From the IMG/VR virus record IMGVR_UViG_3300027278_000006, positions 1 through 64,000 of that record: 64,000 nucleotides of DNA, one strand, 5' to 3'. Both the position numbers and the translations under genes were made by a program. Below are positions 10,201-19,643 of the stretch, piece by piece; the first letter of the stretch is position 1; each line of letters opens with the position of its first letter. The notes under the pieces are model-generated. The model did no database searches. It was not told the origin of the DNA and saw only the letters and a list, made by a program, of their open reading frames with translations. This stretch comes from an uncultured virus (IMG/VR IMGVR_UViG_3300027278_000006). Lineage: Duplodnaviria; Heunggongvirae; Uroviricota; Caudoviricetes.

Positions 10201-10845
10201 ATGCATTGCGGAGAAAAGACTTCCTCCAAAAACACCAGCAACACCTAACATATGAAAGGGATGCATAAGGATGTTATGTTCTGCCTGGAAGACAAGCATA
10301 TAGTTAAAAGTACCAGAAATGCCCAAAGGCATAGCATCAGAGAAAGAACCTTGACCGAAAGGATACACAAGGAATACGGCACTCGCAGCAGCAACAGGTG
10401 CTGAGTAAGCAACACAAATCCAAGGACGCATACCTAGACGGTAAGAAAGTTCCCATTCACGACCCATATAAGCATAGATGCCAATGAGGAAGTGAAATAC
10501 AACAAGTTGGAAAGGTCCACCGTTATAAAGCCACTCATCAAGTGAGGCAGCTTCCCAGATAGGATAGAAGTGAAGACCAATCGCATTAGAAGAAGGAACA
10601 ACGGCACCGGAGATGATGTTGTTTCCATACATTAGAGAACCGGCAACTGGTTCACGAATGCCGTCAATGTCCACTGGGGGAGCACCAACGAAAGCGATAA
10701 TGAAGCAAACCGTAGCAGCAAGAAGGCAAGGAATCATAAGGACTCCGAACCAACCAACATATAGACGGTTGTTAGTGGAAGTAATCCACTCACAGAAATC
10801 GTTCCAAGTATTTGTGGAACGTTGTTGAGCAATTGTAGCAGTCAT
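10201..10845 (-). CDS. psbA: PSII D1 exon 1 (codons 1-215); Glu130 (D1:2-like)
   Basis: Canonical D1 sequence; exon is exactly 645 nt ending at His215. Confidence 0.98.
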
Positions 10846-10894
10846 TTAATTAAAAGGGTAAATATGAGTTCGGGGGACGAACTGGGTACAGTAT

Positions 10895-10962
10895 ACTCCA
10901 CGACACCCTCTATCGTGGATATGAGGGATGCTTTACTTCTCGTGATCCCGGTTGGAGAAGAC
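10895..10962 (-). ncRNA. PhotoRC-II-like structured 5' leader of psbA
   Basis: CUUCUC/GAGAAG stem, GGGAU/AUCCC pseudoknot, UCCACGAUA-GAGGG-UGUCGUGGA hairpin; position upstream of phage psbA. Confidence 0.7.
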
Positions 10963-10989
10963 ACGGTTCTTAACCCCGTGTATGTATAT

Positions 10990-11018
10990 ATAATAACACT
11001 GTCAGCAAATCCTGTCAA
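10990..11018 (-). promoter_or_regulatory. Sigma70-like promoter of psbA
   Basis: TTGACA-N17-TATTAT. Confidence 0.75.
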
Positions 11019-11063
11019 TAGGTCCAATTACCTAACTGGCACAGTATAAATAAGAACCCTTTG

Positions 11064-11225
11064 TCAGCAGGAATATTCGTTAATTTTATCCAGAACCATA
11101 TTCAAGTATTGGTCCGCAAGTGCTTTGGGGTCTGAGGTATAAGTAATCTGTTCGTTCTGAAGTTTCTGCTTCAACTTTAGGACCTGATACTTCATTTCTT
11201 CTTTAGTCAATTGTCCTCTGGGCAT
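11064..11225 (-). CDS. Small hypothetical protein (53 aa)
   Basis: MPRGQLTKEEMKYQVLKLKQKL..LNMVLDKINEYSC. Confidence 0.6.
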   Translation of the reverse strand: MPRGQLTKEEMKYQVLKLKQKLQNEQITYTSDPKALADQYLNMVLDKINEYSC

Positions 11226-11353
11226 ACAAAAAATCCTTCTCTCCGTATTTAGAAAGAAGGATTGATATTGCTATTTTTTATTTGAGAGTTTCAATACATT
11301 TAGTAGTATTGCCGATATAAGTATTCCACAGAATATTGCGATAATATCAGAAG

Positions 11354-11473
11354 TCACCATACTCCCGGAAGAATTTGCCCGGTGGTAAGATAAGTACCTA
11401 CAGCAATTACGAATCCAAGCATAGCAAGTCTTCCATTCCAAAGTTCGGCAGTTTCAGTAAATCCAAATTTCAT
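11354..11473 (-). CDS. hli: High-light-inducible protein (39 aa)
   Basis: MKFGFTETAELWNGRLAMLGFVIAVGTYLTTGQILPGVW with ExxNGRxAMLG; GGAG RBS. Confidence 0.92.
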   Translation of the reverse strand: MKFGFTETAELWNGRLAMLGFVIAVGTYLTTGQILPGVW

Positions 11474-11484
11474 TTTGTTTCTCC

Positions 11485-11571
11485 TTAGTAAGTGTCGGAA
11501 AGTTGATTGATAGAGTGTGCCAGAAGCACAAGAAAAGAAATAATCGTTACGGTAAAAATGAGTTCGTTCAT
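11485..11571 (-). CDS. 28-aa single-TM peptide between the hli genes
   Basis: MNELIFTVTIISFLVLLAHSINQLSDTY; TGATG coupling to upstream hli. Confidence 0.55.
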   Translation of the reverse strand: MNELIFTVTIISFLVLLAHSINQLSDTY

Positions 11572-11780
11572 CAGATTACACCAAAGAATAGGTGTCCTGT
11601 GAGTGCATAAGAAACAACTGCGGCAACAAATCCTAGCATCGCCCATCTTGAATTTGCTTTTTCTGCCTTCTCTGCATAAGTCTCAAGTGCATAACGCTCT
11701 GCATCAGTTGGAGACACATACATTTCAGGTTCCTTTGCGAACAGGTTTTGTTGCCCGTGCTCATTGGTCGTAACGGTCAT
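11571..11780 (-). CDS. hli: High-light-inducible protein (69 aa)
   Basis: N-terminal NLFAKEPEMY; AEKANSRWAMLGF. Confidence 0.9.
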   Translation of the reverse strand: MTVTTNEHGQQNLFAKEPEMYVSPTDAERYALETYAEKAEKANSRWAMLGFVAAVVSYALTGHLFFGVI

Positions 11781-11804
11781 CGTAGTTTCATTAAGAACTA
11801 TGTC

Positions 11805-11833
11805 ATTATATAGGCAAAGGAGGGCAATGTCAA
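11805..11833 (-). promoter_or_regulatory. Sigma70 consensus promoter of the hli operon
   Basis: TTGACA-N17-TATAAT. Confidence 0.85.
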
Positions 11834-11853
11834 GTGCCCCGAGTCAGAAGACC

Positions 11854-12645
11854 CTAACTTGGTGGCGGGGAGGGATTTGTGATTCTTCCCAGATAAGGGT
11901 CATAGTTCATCAGGTCATCAATTGTCATATCAGCACCCTGGTTCTCCCAAAAGTTGAGGAGACCATCGTGACTCTGACGATGAAAGACATCAATGTGCTC
12001 AGGATGAATAGAAGAACCTAAAGAAATCTTATAAAGGAACAGAGGAATAGAAAAGGTATTGCCAGAATTGTAAATCAAGTCGTCCGCAACTGCTCTGGGT
12101 TTTACACCATTATCTAACTTATACTTATCTCCACGAACATGATGCCTTAGAATCTTTTCGGCATGGTGACGAGTAATCATATAAGCAGCAGTTGAAAAAT
12201 CATTCACAAATCTCTTATGAAGTTTTACATGCAAATCACCAGTACAGATAATGGCAAGTTGAATTACATCATAATCATAAGGAACCTTGGCAATAATATC
12301 ATTCCAGGTAAAGTTCCAGCATCTGGCAAGTTGTAAATCCACATCATCTTCCATAATAACTGCATAAGGACTGTCAGAGGTCTCTATCCAGTGCTGGAGT
12401 GCCTTGAGATGAGAAGTTGTACACCCAATCTCACCAGAGGTCATATTCTCAGGATAGCGACCTTTTATAATATCACTCAGGTCATCTTCTCTTCCATCAT
12501 ACGCAGAGATACGAGTATAATCTTCAATCTCCCAATACTTAAACTGCTCTTCCATATATTCCTTTCTTTCTGGTTGCCCATCAAGATTAAGATAATATAC
12601 CGGAGAAAGATTTTTTAATTTATATGCCGCTTTATTTTTATCCAT
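11854..12645 (-). CDS. Glycosyltransferase family 25
   Basis: YYLNLD..ER, RISAYDG, GEIGCTTSH, IMEDD. Confidence 0.85.
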   Translation of the reverse strand: MDKNKAAYKLKNLSPVYYLNLDGQPERKEYMEEQFKYWEIEDYTRISAYDGREDDLSDIIKGRYPENMTSGEIGCTTSHLKALQHWIETSDSPYAVIMEDDVDLQLARCWNFTWNDIIAKVPYDYDVIQLAIICTGDLHVKLHKRFVNDFSTAAYMITRHHAEKILRHHVRGDKYKLDNGVKPRAVADDLIYNSGNTFSIPLFLYKISLGSSIHPEHIDVFHRQSHDGLLNFWENQGADMTIDDLMNYDPYLGRITNPSPPPS

Positions 12646-12646
12646 A

Positions 12647-13285
12647 TTAATGATGAACGAAACACTTAATTCCTAATTTTTTAAGATTAGAAGTATAAAC
12701 TTGTCTTTCTTTTTGTTTATTGATAATTCCCACATTTCCTTCATGAAACCACATACGCTCATGCCATTCAATATACATCTCTTTGATATAATGTACATAT
12801 TCAGATTCAATAATTTTAGGAAGAACTACAAATTCAGATCCTTCAATATCACATTTAATGTAAATCTCTGCCTCAGAATCTTTATTACAAATACTCTCTA
12901 AGATATCATCAATATCAACACATTCAACATCATATTGAAAAACATCAAAAATCACACCATTACCAATATCAATCAATGGATTAGTATCTAAAGCATTTGA
13001 TCCAGTAGTGTATCCCTCCATAAAATCAGATTTAGTTTGATCTTTCCAAGCACCTTTATGCCCATTAAAGGTTATTGTTCCACTTTCATCCATAACTGCC
13101 TTTTTATTAAATTCAAAATATGCATAATTATTTTTTATAGTTTCAATAATTTTTTCAGATTCTTCATGAACTAAAATATTGGGCTCATAGGAATAAACAT
13201 TCCATTCTTTATTAATATTCAACTTTTCGGTAAATTCCTTTAAACCTTCTAATTTATGAGCACCAAGATCTAGAAAATGTTTCAT
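12647..13285 (-). CDS. FkbM-family methyltransferase
   Basis: FLDLGAH..G, SYEPN, IKCDIEGSEF, IEWH. Confidence 0.8.
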   Translation of the reverse strand: MKHFLDLGAHKLEGLKEFTEKLNINKEWNVYSYEPNILVHEESEKIIETIKNNYAYFEFNKKAVMDESGTITFNGHKGAWKDQTKSDFMEGYTTGSNALDTNPLIDIGNGVIFDVFQYDVECVDIDDILESICNKDSEAEIYIKCDIEGSEFVVLPKIIESEYVHYIKEMYIEWHERMWFHEGNVGIINKQKERQVYTSNLKKLGIKCFVHH

Positions 13286-14055
13286 TTTAAAAGTTCCCCT
13301 ATAATTGTATTAAAGATCTCAGTTTTTTTAAATAAAGGATCATTAGAATCTCTCCAGTTGGAATGCCAGTTAGTTGCGGCACGGTAGTGAAGGAACTTAC
13401 CACCTAAATGCAATTCAAAGTTATAACCTTTGGTTACTTCATCATTTTGAATTTCAATATCCCCAAAATGAGTTGGGTATAGTGGGAACTCTTCATCAGT
13501 TTTTTTCATCTCAATATTATTTTTCTTAAAATAATAATACGTATGCCCACCAACATCGGTCATCTCACCTTCAACAACACCATCAGAAAAATTAATATCC
13601 AAATCAGTTATCTTAGGCATATTAAAAAACATTATCCCATTCCACATATAAGTAACTTCTCCCCTCTTTTGTGGAAGTCCTGCAATAATAGCATCACTCA
13701 TATAATCCTCAATATTAAATTCATCAATCAAAAACAAATCAGAATCACAGAAGAAAACAATATCATCTAAATGATTTTTTCTAATGATATTATCATAAGT
13801 CCACTGAACCGTATCCGCACATGCTTGAGCAGGATTCATTGGATTTTTTCTTTCTGGTTTTTTATAATAAGAAAACTGATTTTCCAAACAAATTGACTGA
13901 AATTGATCAGAAATCTCAGAATCAATTGAATCGTCTACAATATGAAACTGATAATCTTTTTTAAGAAACTTTTGGAATAGTTTATTTTGTAGACTCACAA
14001 AATCAGGACGATTTACTACTGAAGTAAAAATTTGAACTACCATAATATTATACAA
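13282..14055 (-). CDS. Putative GT-A fold glycosyltransferase
   Basis: FFCDSDLF DxD motif, YMWNG; island context. Confidence 0.5.
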   Translation of the reverse strand: MYNIMVVQIFTSVVNRPDFVSLQNKLFQKFLKKDYQFHIVDDSIDSEISDQFQSICLENQFSYYKKPERKNPMNPAQACADTVQWTYDNIIRKNHLDDIVFFCDSDLFLIDEFNIEDYMSDAIIAGLPQKRGEVTYMWNGIMFFNMPKITDLDINFSDGVVEGEMTDVGGHTYYYFKKNNIEMKKTDEEFPLYPTHFGDIEIQNDEVTKGYNFELHLGGKFLHYRAATNWHSNWRDSNDPLFKKTEIFNTIIGELLK

Positions 14056-14758
14056 TTTTTAATGGATGATATGTACTTGGAGCCCCACTTAAATCGGGTA
14101 CACCTTGCAATCTAGAAAGGTCACATTTAACACTATCAAAAAATCTTTGAGCATCACTCACATGAATTCCAATATCTGTTACTTTACAACTAGTAACTGC
14201 ATTATTATATCCACTCTGTTTAAAGAAAGGATTGTTTACAGAATAGATATTAAAATATTTTTGAACTTCAGCAAACCCAGTATCTTGATTATATCCAATG
14301 ACTTCAGAAGCATGGTGTGATATTCTTTGACACATTCTAACATATTCTTGAGTCAAATACAATATAGCATGTCCACTAAGCATATTGTAGACCCTAACGA
14401 TATTGTCATCAACAATATCATAATGAACGAAAGGTCCAGAAAAAGAGAAGTATCTTGCCCACTGTGATGTTCCAAGATAAACAGCATCTGCATCATCAGG
14501 AACTTCTATGATAGGTTCAAAGTTATATAAAAGGCAATCATCCTCAAACAAAACAAATGGAGGATCAATTTCACATAACCCAATATAGTGAGCACCAGCA
14601 CATCCTGCCGGAGGATTGTCTGGTCTATAATTACCCTCAACTTTAATTCTAGTCTCAAAACCACATTTATCAAGAAGTGTTTGCATCTTCTCATTTTTTT
14701 CTTCGTGCTGTTTGAGATTCATATAAACAGCAGGAATTTTTCTCAAATCAATTTTCAT
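14048..14758 (-). CDS. GT25-like glycosyltransferase
   Basis: VYMNL, GCAGAH, LFEDD, YNMLSGHAILY. Confidence 0.6.
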   Translation of the reverse strand: MKIDLRKIPAVYMNLKQHEEKNEKMQTLLDKCGFETRIKVEGNYRPDNPPAGCAGAHYIGLCEIDPPFVLFEDDCLLYNFEPIIEVPDDADAVYLGTSQWARYFSFSGPFVHYDIVDDNIVRVYNMLSGHAILYLTQEYVRMCQRISHHASEVIGYNQDTGFAEVQKYFNIYSVNNPFFKQSGYNNAVTSCKVTDIGIHVSDAQRFFDSVKCDLSRLQGVPDLSGAPSTYHPLKIV

Positions 14759-15471
14759 ACTGGATACTGTCCCATTTGAATTTTTTCTTGATTAAAAGAA
14801 CTTTCTTTTTTCAAAGCAACTATTTTTGGTTCAAATGGATATTGGGGATGATTGATGAGTTCTTCTGGAAACATATAACTTGGAGACAATGCAGTTGGAG
14901 GATTCTCATTAAAGTATTTGTTCAAATGACTCTCATCATGCCACTTTGCTATAATACCATTTCTATCATCTTCTTCAACTCTTTCAGCAATAGTCTTTGC
15001 CATCTTTAAAAATATGGAAGACTTTCCACCAACAAATGCGGCAGCATAATACTTATCATAATTTTGGTCAGAAACATATGCCGTAGATTCTTTTCGTTTT
15101 TCGTATGGATATATTTTCTTTGATTCCAAAATCTTATATGGGTGAAGAACCCCAACAAGATCTTGCAATACCTCTTCACCAACAGTGTTAACAATACCAA
15201 CATCGGCATCAAACAAATAAAGATAGTCAAAATCTTTCAGATATTCTGATTCTGAATTAATATAGTTATATTTTTTAAGAGCAGGTTCTGGCCAAGGTTT
15301 ATGCCCTATTTGAGAAACCTTTACATTATCAGAAGTTTCTACTTCATGATCAGTAAAAAGAAGGCATTGAATATCATGACCATCAAGAAAGTTTTTCTCA
15401 ATATCATCAAGAAGTCTTTCAACAAACTGAATGTATTTGTTTGTTGCAATAGTAAGAATACAGATTTTCAT
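14755..15471 (-). CDS. Glycosyltransferase family 6 (ABO/alpha-1,3-Gal(NAc)T-like)
   Basis: IATNKY, LFTD, FDAD, WHDESHLNKYF, LSPSY. Confidence 0.88.
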   Translation of the reverse strand: MKICILTIATNKYIQFVERLLDDIEKNFLDGHDIQCLLFTDHEVETSDNVKVSQIGHKPWPEPALKKYNYINSESEYLKDFDYLYLFDADVGIVNTVGEEVLQDLVGVLHPYKILESKKIYPYEKRKESTAYVSDQNYDKYYAAAFVGGKSSIFLKMAKTIAERVEEDDRNGIIAKWHDESHLNKYFNENPPTALSPSYMFPEELINHPQYPFEPKIVALKKESSFNQEKIQMGQYPV

Positions 15472-16253
15472 TTTTTTCCAACTATTATTGTATTTTTATG
15501 ACTGCCATAATCAAAATAATTATCTTCAAGTTTAAACCCATCATCTTTCAATTTTGATATGAGAATATTATAATTATTCATGGAATCATTGGTAATCAAA
15601 TTGTATGTAATATAAATTATTTTACTATTTTTAATAATTTTATTGTAATAATTTAGTTGAGTTTCAATCGTAAGTTCGGAGAGAGAATAATTACTAATAA
15701 AAAGATCAATATTAGAAATATCCTCCAATTCATTACAGGGAACGAATTTAATTTTTGGGTATATTTCAGAGAAATTTTTTAAGTATTTTTCTTGAAGCAA
15801 TACTGTTTCGGGAAGATCAATATTTAAATACTCATTAAAGTTACATAGAACGCTCAAAGTTTTACACAAACCACCATACCCACCACCAACTTCAACAATT
15901 TTAGATACACTTTGATCATCACAAAGAAAAGATAAATCTAAACAATTTTTAATATATCTAAGAGTGGTCGGTGATATTTTACCGTCCCCATAGAAAAATT
16001 GATTTGGATTTCCTATTTGATCATTTTCTAAAAATTTATTCAAATATTTGTCATAGATTTCTTTGCCAACTTTTTGAATATGATCATAATATTGTAATCC
16101 CAATTCATAATGAACATGCTCCAGAATAACATTATATTCTTTGGACGATTTAAAATTATCAAATATATTAGAATCTTCAATAATTTTTTTACAAGTATTA
16201 ATATATTCTCCACTATCTTTGGAATCAATATCCCACCCATAATTAGTATCCAT
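15468..16253 (-). CDS. Putative sugar O-methyltransferase
   Basis: SPTTLRY, IVEVGGGYGG, IDLPE, FISNYSLSE. Confidence 0.75.
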   Translation of the reverse strand: MDTNYGWDIDSKDSGEYINTCKKIIEDSNIFDNFKSSKEYNVILEHVHYELGLQYYDHIQKVGKEIYDKYLNKFLENDQIGNPNQFFYGDGKISPTTLRYIKNCLDLSFLCDDQSVSKIVEVGGGYGGLCKTLSVLCNFNEYLNIDLPETVLLQEKYLKNFSEIYPKIKFVPCNELEDISNIDLFISNYSLSELTIETQLNYYNKIIKNSKIIYITYNLITNDSMNNYNILISKLKDDGFKLEDNYFDYGSHKNTIIVGKK

Positions 16254-16259
16254 AAATTT

Positions 16260-17069
16260 TTACCTTAAATAATTTAAATAAATGAAGTCTTCAAGAATTT
16301 CATATTGTTTGACTTTTTTGAAATTTTCTGTTATTGCATCAATTTTATTATAATATATTTCCTCTGATATGTCAAATTCTTCAGATAATTTTATTATACC
16401 ATCACAGTTAAAATAATTGCAAATATCTGGAGATCCCATATAAACAGGTATTGTACCTGTCGCAAAACAATCAAGAATTTTTTCTGTGAAATACGATTCA
16501 TAAAAACCGTTCTCCACAACAACTGAAAACATATAATCACACAATCCTTGCTCCTTATTATCTATCTCATTAAATCCCCTACCATAAATATCAACTTGAT
16601 CTCCTAGCATTTCAACCCATTCCAATCTTTTTTTGTGCCCTTCGGTAAAATTTTTATTTGATGTAATGAAAGAAATCATTTTAGATTTTTGATGTAATTT
16701 ATAATCTTCAATCCAAAATCCTTGAGCAGGACACCACTTGAATCTACTATCTAATGATAGGAGTTCCTTATCATGTGTAAAAATATATTTAAATACTTTA
16801 AAATACTCATCTTTATTCCTTTTTATTTCACCTACAATTCCTCTTTGATAATCTAATGATTTAGATTCCATCAGCCACCCATATTTGTTGCCAAGAATAT
16901 TATCATGCATTGCATTAAAAATATATCGATCAACATACATTGTATCATCAGCGGACAAGTCATGTACCCACTCTATGTAATTGGATATCTTTCCATGCAC
17001 AGAATAACCAGTATGCCCACCTGTCGTATGACTAAATGTATCTCCAATAAGATTAAATTTATTTTTCAT
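16260..17069 (-). CDS. GT10-like (alpha-1,3-fucosyltransferase family) protein
   Basis: YMFSVVVEN..YFTEKILDCFATGTIPVYMG. Confidence 0.75.
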   Translation of the reverse strand: MKNKFNLIGDTFSHTTGGHTGYSVHGKISNYIEWVHDLSADDTMYVDRYIFNAMHDNILGNKYGWLMESKSLDYQRGIVGEIKRNKDEYFKVFKYIFTHDKELLSLDSRFKWCPAQGFWIEDYKLHQKSKMISFITSNKNFTEGHKKRLEWVEMLGDQVDIYGRGFNEIDNKEQGLCDYMFSVVVENGFYESYFTEKILDCFATGTIPVYMGSPDICNYFNCDGIIKLSEEFDISEEIYYNKIDAITENFKKVKQYEILEDFIYLNYLR

Positions 17070-17073
17070 TTTT

Positions 17074-17793
17074 TTAAATAATAATTTTTAGTTTTTTAAT
17101 CATTTCACTTTTACTTTCTTCAAATGCTCTATCTTTTTGAACCATTAGTTGCACTGTAGAATATGGATTCATAGAAAAATTATATTTTTTTCGTATTTCT
17201 TTAGACCATTTTACATCCTCCCCCTGACCCCAGATAAGAGTTTCATCTAATGGAAATTCTAACATAACATCCCTTTTTCCAACCCAATAAGCACCAGAAA
17301 AATACATATATTTTGAAAGGTGGATCATATCATATGGTATTAAAGCACCTCTATATTCTGCAACTAAATCATCAATTGGATGATGCCCCGGAACAGGTAT
17401 ATCAGTATCATTACCATTACAAACCCACAAAACCCAATCACGATATCTAGTTCCATCGAGGTTTAAAATACGATTCATACAAACTTTATAATCGTCACCA
17501 TACTTTAACCACCCATCATACCAGTCCGGATTAAAATAAAAATAATCATGCAAATACACTATATTTTCATATGTAGCAAGTTGTGTTATTATATTTTTCT
17601 TTTTGGTAATCCATTTCGATTTTATATCTTCGTCAAAAGGAATTATCCTAGTATTAGTTCTTTTTAAATTACAATTTCCAACGATAATAATCTCATACTT
17701 GGGAATATTTAAAGATTCAATACTATCAATAATCCTACCAATTCGATCATCAATACCGGAAGTAATTATTCCAAAAGTGAATTTCATTAGCAA
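17074..17793 (-). CDS. GT-A fold glycosyltransferase-like protein
   Basis: YEIIIVG, KKN, VYLHDY, GEDV. Confidence 0.6.
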   Translation of the reverse strand: MLMKFTFGIITSGIDDRIGRIIDSIESLNIPKYEIIIVGNCNLKRTNTRIIPFDEDIKSKWITKKKNIITQLATYENIVYLHDYFYFNPDWYDGWLKYGDDYKVCMNRILNLDGTRYRDWVLWVCNGNDTDIPVPGHHPIDDLVAEYRGALIPYDMIHLSKYMYFSGAYWVGKRDVMLEFPLDETLIWGQGEDVKWSKEIRKKYNFSMNPYSTVQLMVQKDRAFEESKSEMIKKLKIII

Positions 17794-18260
17794 TACTCAT
17801 GATAATTTATTTTTTTTACATAATCTGAACATATTCCAAAACACTTCTGCTGAGCAATTTTAAAAATATCATCTACTGAGATATTCCATTCTGGCATAAC
17901 AATAACTGATTTAAATACATATTCTTTTCCGGGATAAATCCATCCAATACTTTTACTGGTGATTGTATAGCAATCATTTTCATGCCAAAAGTAATTAAAT
18001 TCTATTGTAGAACTTAACATTTTTTCAAGTGCTTCTGGGTTTTTACAGTGAATCCAAAGAACATCCTTATATTTTCTCAACCATTCAATAGTTACAAAAT
18101 ATTGAGGATCATCATGACCAAGATAATATTCATTATCTTCAACTCTCAAATCAATTTCAACATCAAATCCTTCAGAAATTGCTTTTTCAATATAATCAAC
18201 ACTGTTTTCTCTAATTGGATTTGGACCATCAGTATTTCCACGATGAGCAATCAGTTTCAT
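17787..18260 (-). CDS. Short glycerophosphodiester phosphodiesterase-like protein
   Basis: IAHRGN..EN, GFDVEIDL, GHD, WIHCKN, GICSDY. Confidence 0.75.
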   Translation of the reverse strand: MKLIAHRGNTDGPNPIRENSVDYIEKAISEGFDVEIDLRVEDNEYYLGHDDPQYFVTIEWLRKYKDVLWIHCKNPEALEKMLSSTIEFNYFWHENDCYTITSKSIGWIYPGKEYVFKSVIVMPEWNISVDDIFKIAQQKCFGICSDYVKKINYHEYC

Positions 18261-19639
18261 CCTTTATAGTGCTCCAAGAAATAATTTAGATCTTCAGGAG
18301 TTCCAATGCCCCACATTCTTTCAATATCTTTGATACGAACTTTCTTACCATCACCAATTGCTTCATTGAAGACTGGGCAGACATAGAACTCACCATTGGT
18401 TCTGACATTCTTCTCAATCATCTGTTCAGCATATTTTACATAGTCAGAACCTTTCTTCCAGAAATAGATACCGACTGTTGCATTATCACTGATTGGTTTC
18501 TTCTCCGCAACCTCTGATACAAAACCATCATCACCAACCTTGGCATAAGACCACTTAGGATGAGTTGCCTTGAAGCTAACGATACCACCATCAATACCAT
18601 CTGCATTAAAGGCATACAGGCACTCGTTACTATTCCACTCTACAAACTGGTCAGAGTTTGCCATTACCAATGGAGCATCATTATCGATGAACTCTTTGGC
18701 AAGCAGAGTAGTGCAGGCAGCACCTTCGGTAAGACCATCCACCTGAACGATATTGCAGTTAGGGGCAATCAGGTTTAGGAGATATTGAAGACTATACTTT
18801 TCATAGTGATCCTTCTGAACAATAAAAGTATAGTTTGCTTCGATGTTAAGGTTCTCAACAACAACCTGAATCATTGGTTTACCATCCACTTCAATCAGTG
18901 GTTTGGGGAAGGTATATCCAGCATTCGCAAAGCGACTACCAGCACCTGCCATAGGAATAAGAACATTCATCTTATCAGACTTCCAAGGAATATGACTTAC
19001 CGTTGTTTGCGTCAAAATATCAATTGCTTCTTCAATCTTTTTCTCGGTCATATGCTGACGGTTCTCAATAGGAATTAGATGTGCCTTACTATCCAGAGCA
19101 CCCTGCCTTCCAATATGACTATCTTCAAAAATTACAGTGTCCTTAGGAAGAGCATTACAAGCAGTCATACACTTCCAGTACATCTCAGGAAATGGTTTGT
19201 TACGGACTACATCTTCATTGCTGACATAGTAATCAACAAACTCCAATACTCCCAATTTTAGTAGAACCAATTTAACCGTATTACGAATACTATTACTAGC
19301 TACGCAAATTTGAAACCCTTCATCTTTGAGTCTTCTAAAGTAGAGCATCAGTTCAAAGTCATTCTTTAACTTTGAAAAGATCTCAAAGGTTGCTCTCTGC
19401 TTATCTTCCCAAATCTGTTGATGAGTATCTACAGGAAGACTCTTCTTCTCGGTCAGCATTGCCAACTTACGAGAAGTAGGGAGACCATCATAGAGACTTA
19501 GATGCTCATCACGATTGACAATATACTTCTTATCTACATTTTCAAGAGCACAATTGAGTGCCTCATAGTGCATTTCTCTACTATCTATTAAAACCCCATC
19601 GAGGTCAAAAATTACTAACTTATTCATACAAATTACCAA
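18257..19639 (-). CDS. HAD phosphatase fused to sugar nucleotidyltransferase
   Basis: FDLDGVL..KP..FEDS (HAD) plus LIPMAGAGSRF..PKPLI (NTP transferase). Confidence 0.85.
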   Translation of the reverse strand: MVICMNKLVIFDLDGVLIDSREMHYEALNCALENVDKKYIVNRDEHLSLYDGLPTSRKLAMLTEKKSLPVDTHQQIWEDKQRATFEIFSKLKNDFELMLYFRRLKDEGFQICVASNSIRNTVKLVLLKLGVLEFVDYYVSNEDVVRNKPFPEMYWKCMTACNALPKDTVIFEDSHIGRQGALDSKAHLIPIENRQHMTEKKIEEAIDILTQTTVSHIPWKSDKMNVLIPMAGAGSRFANAGYTFPKPLIEVDGKPMIQVVVENLNIEANYTFIVQKDHYEKYSLQYLLNLIAPNCNIVQVDGLTEGAACTTLLAKEFIDNDAPLVMANSDQFVEWNSNECLYAFNADGIDGGIVSFKATHPKWSYAKVGDDGFVSEVAEKKPISDNATVGIYFWKKGSDYVKYAEQMIEKNVRTNGEFYVCPVFNEAIGDGKKVRIKDIERMWGIGTPEDLNYFLEHYKG

Positions 19640-19643
19640 TCAT

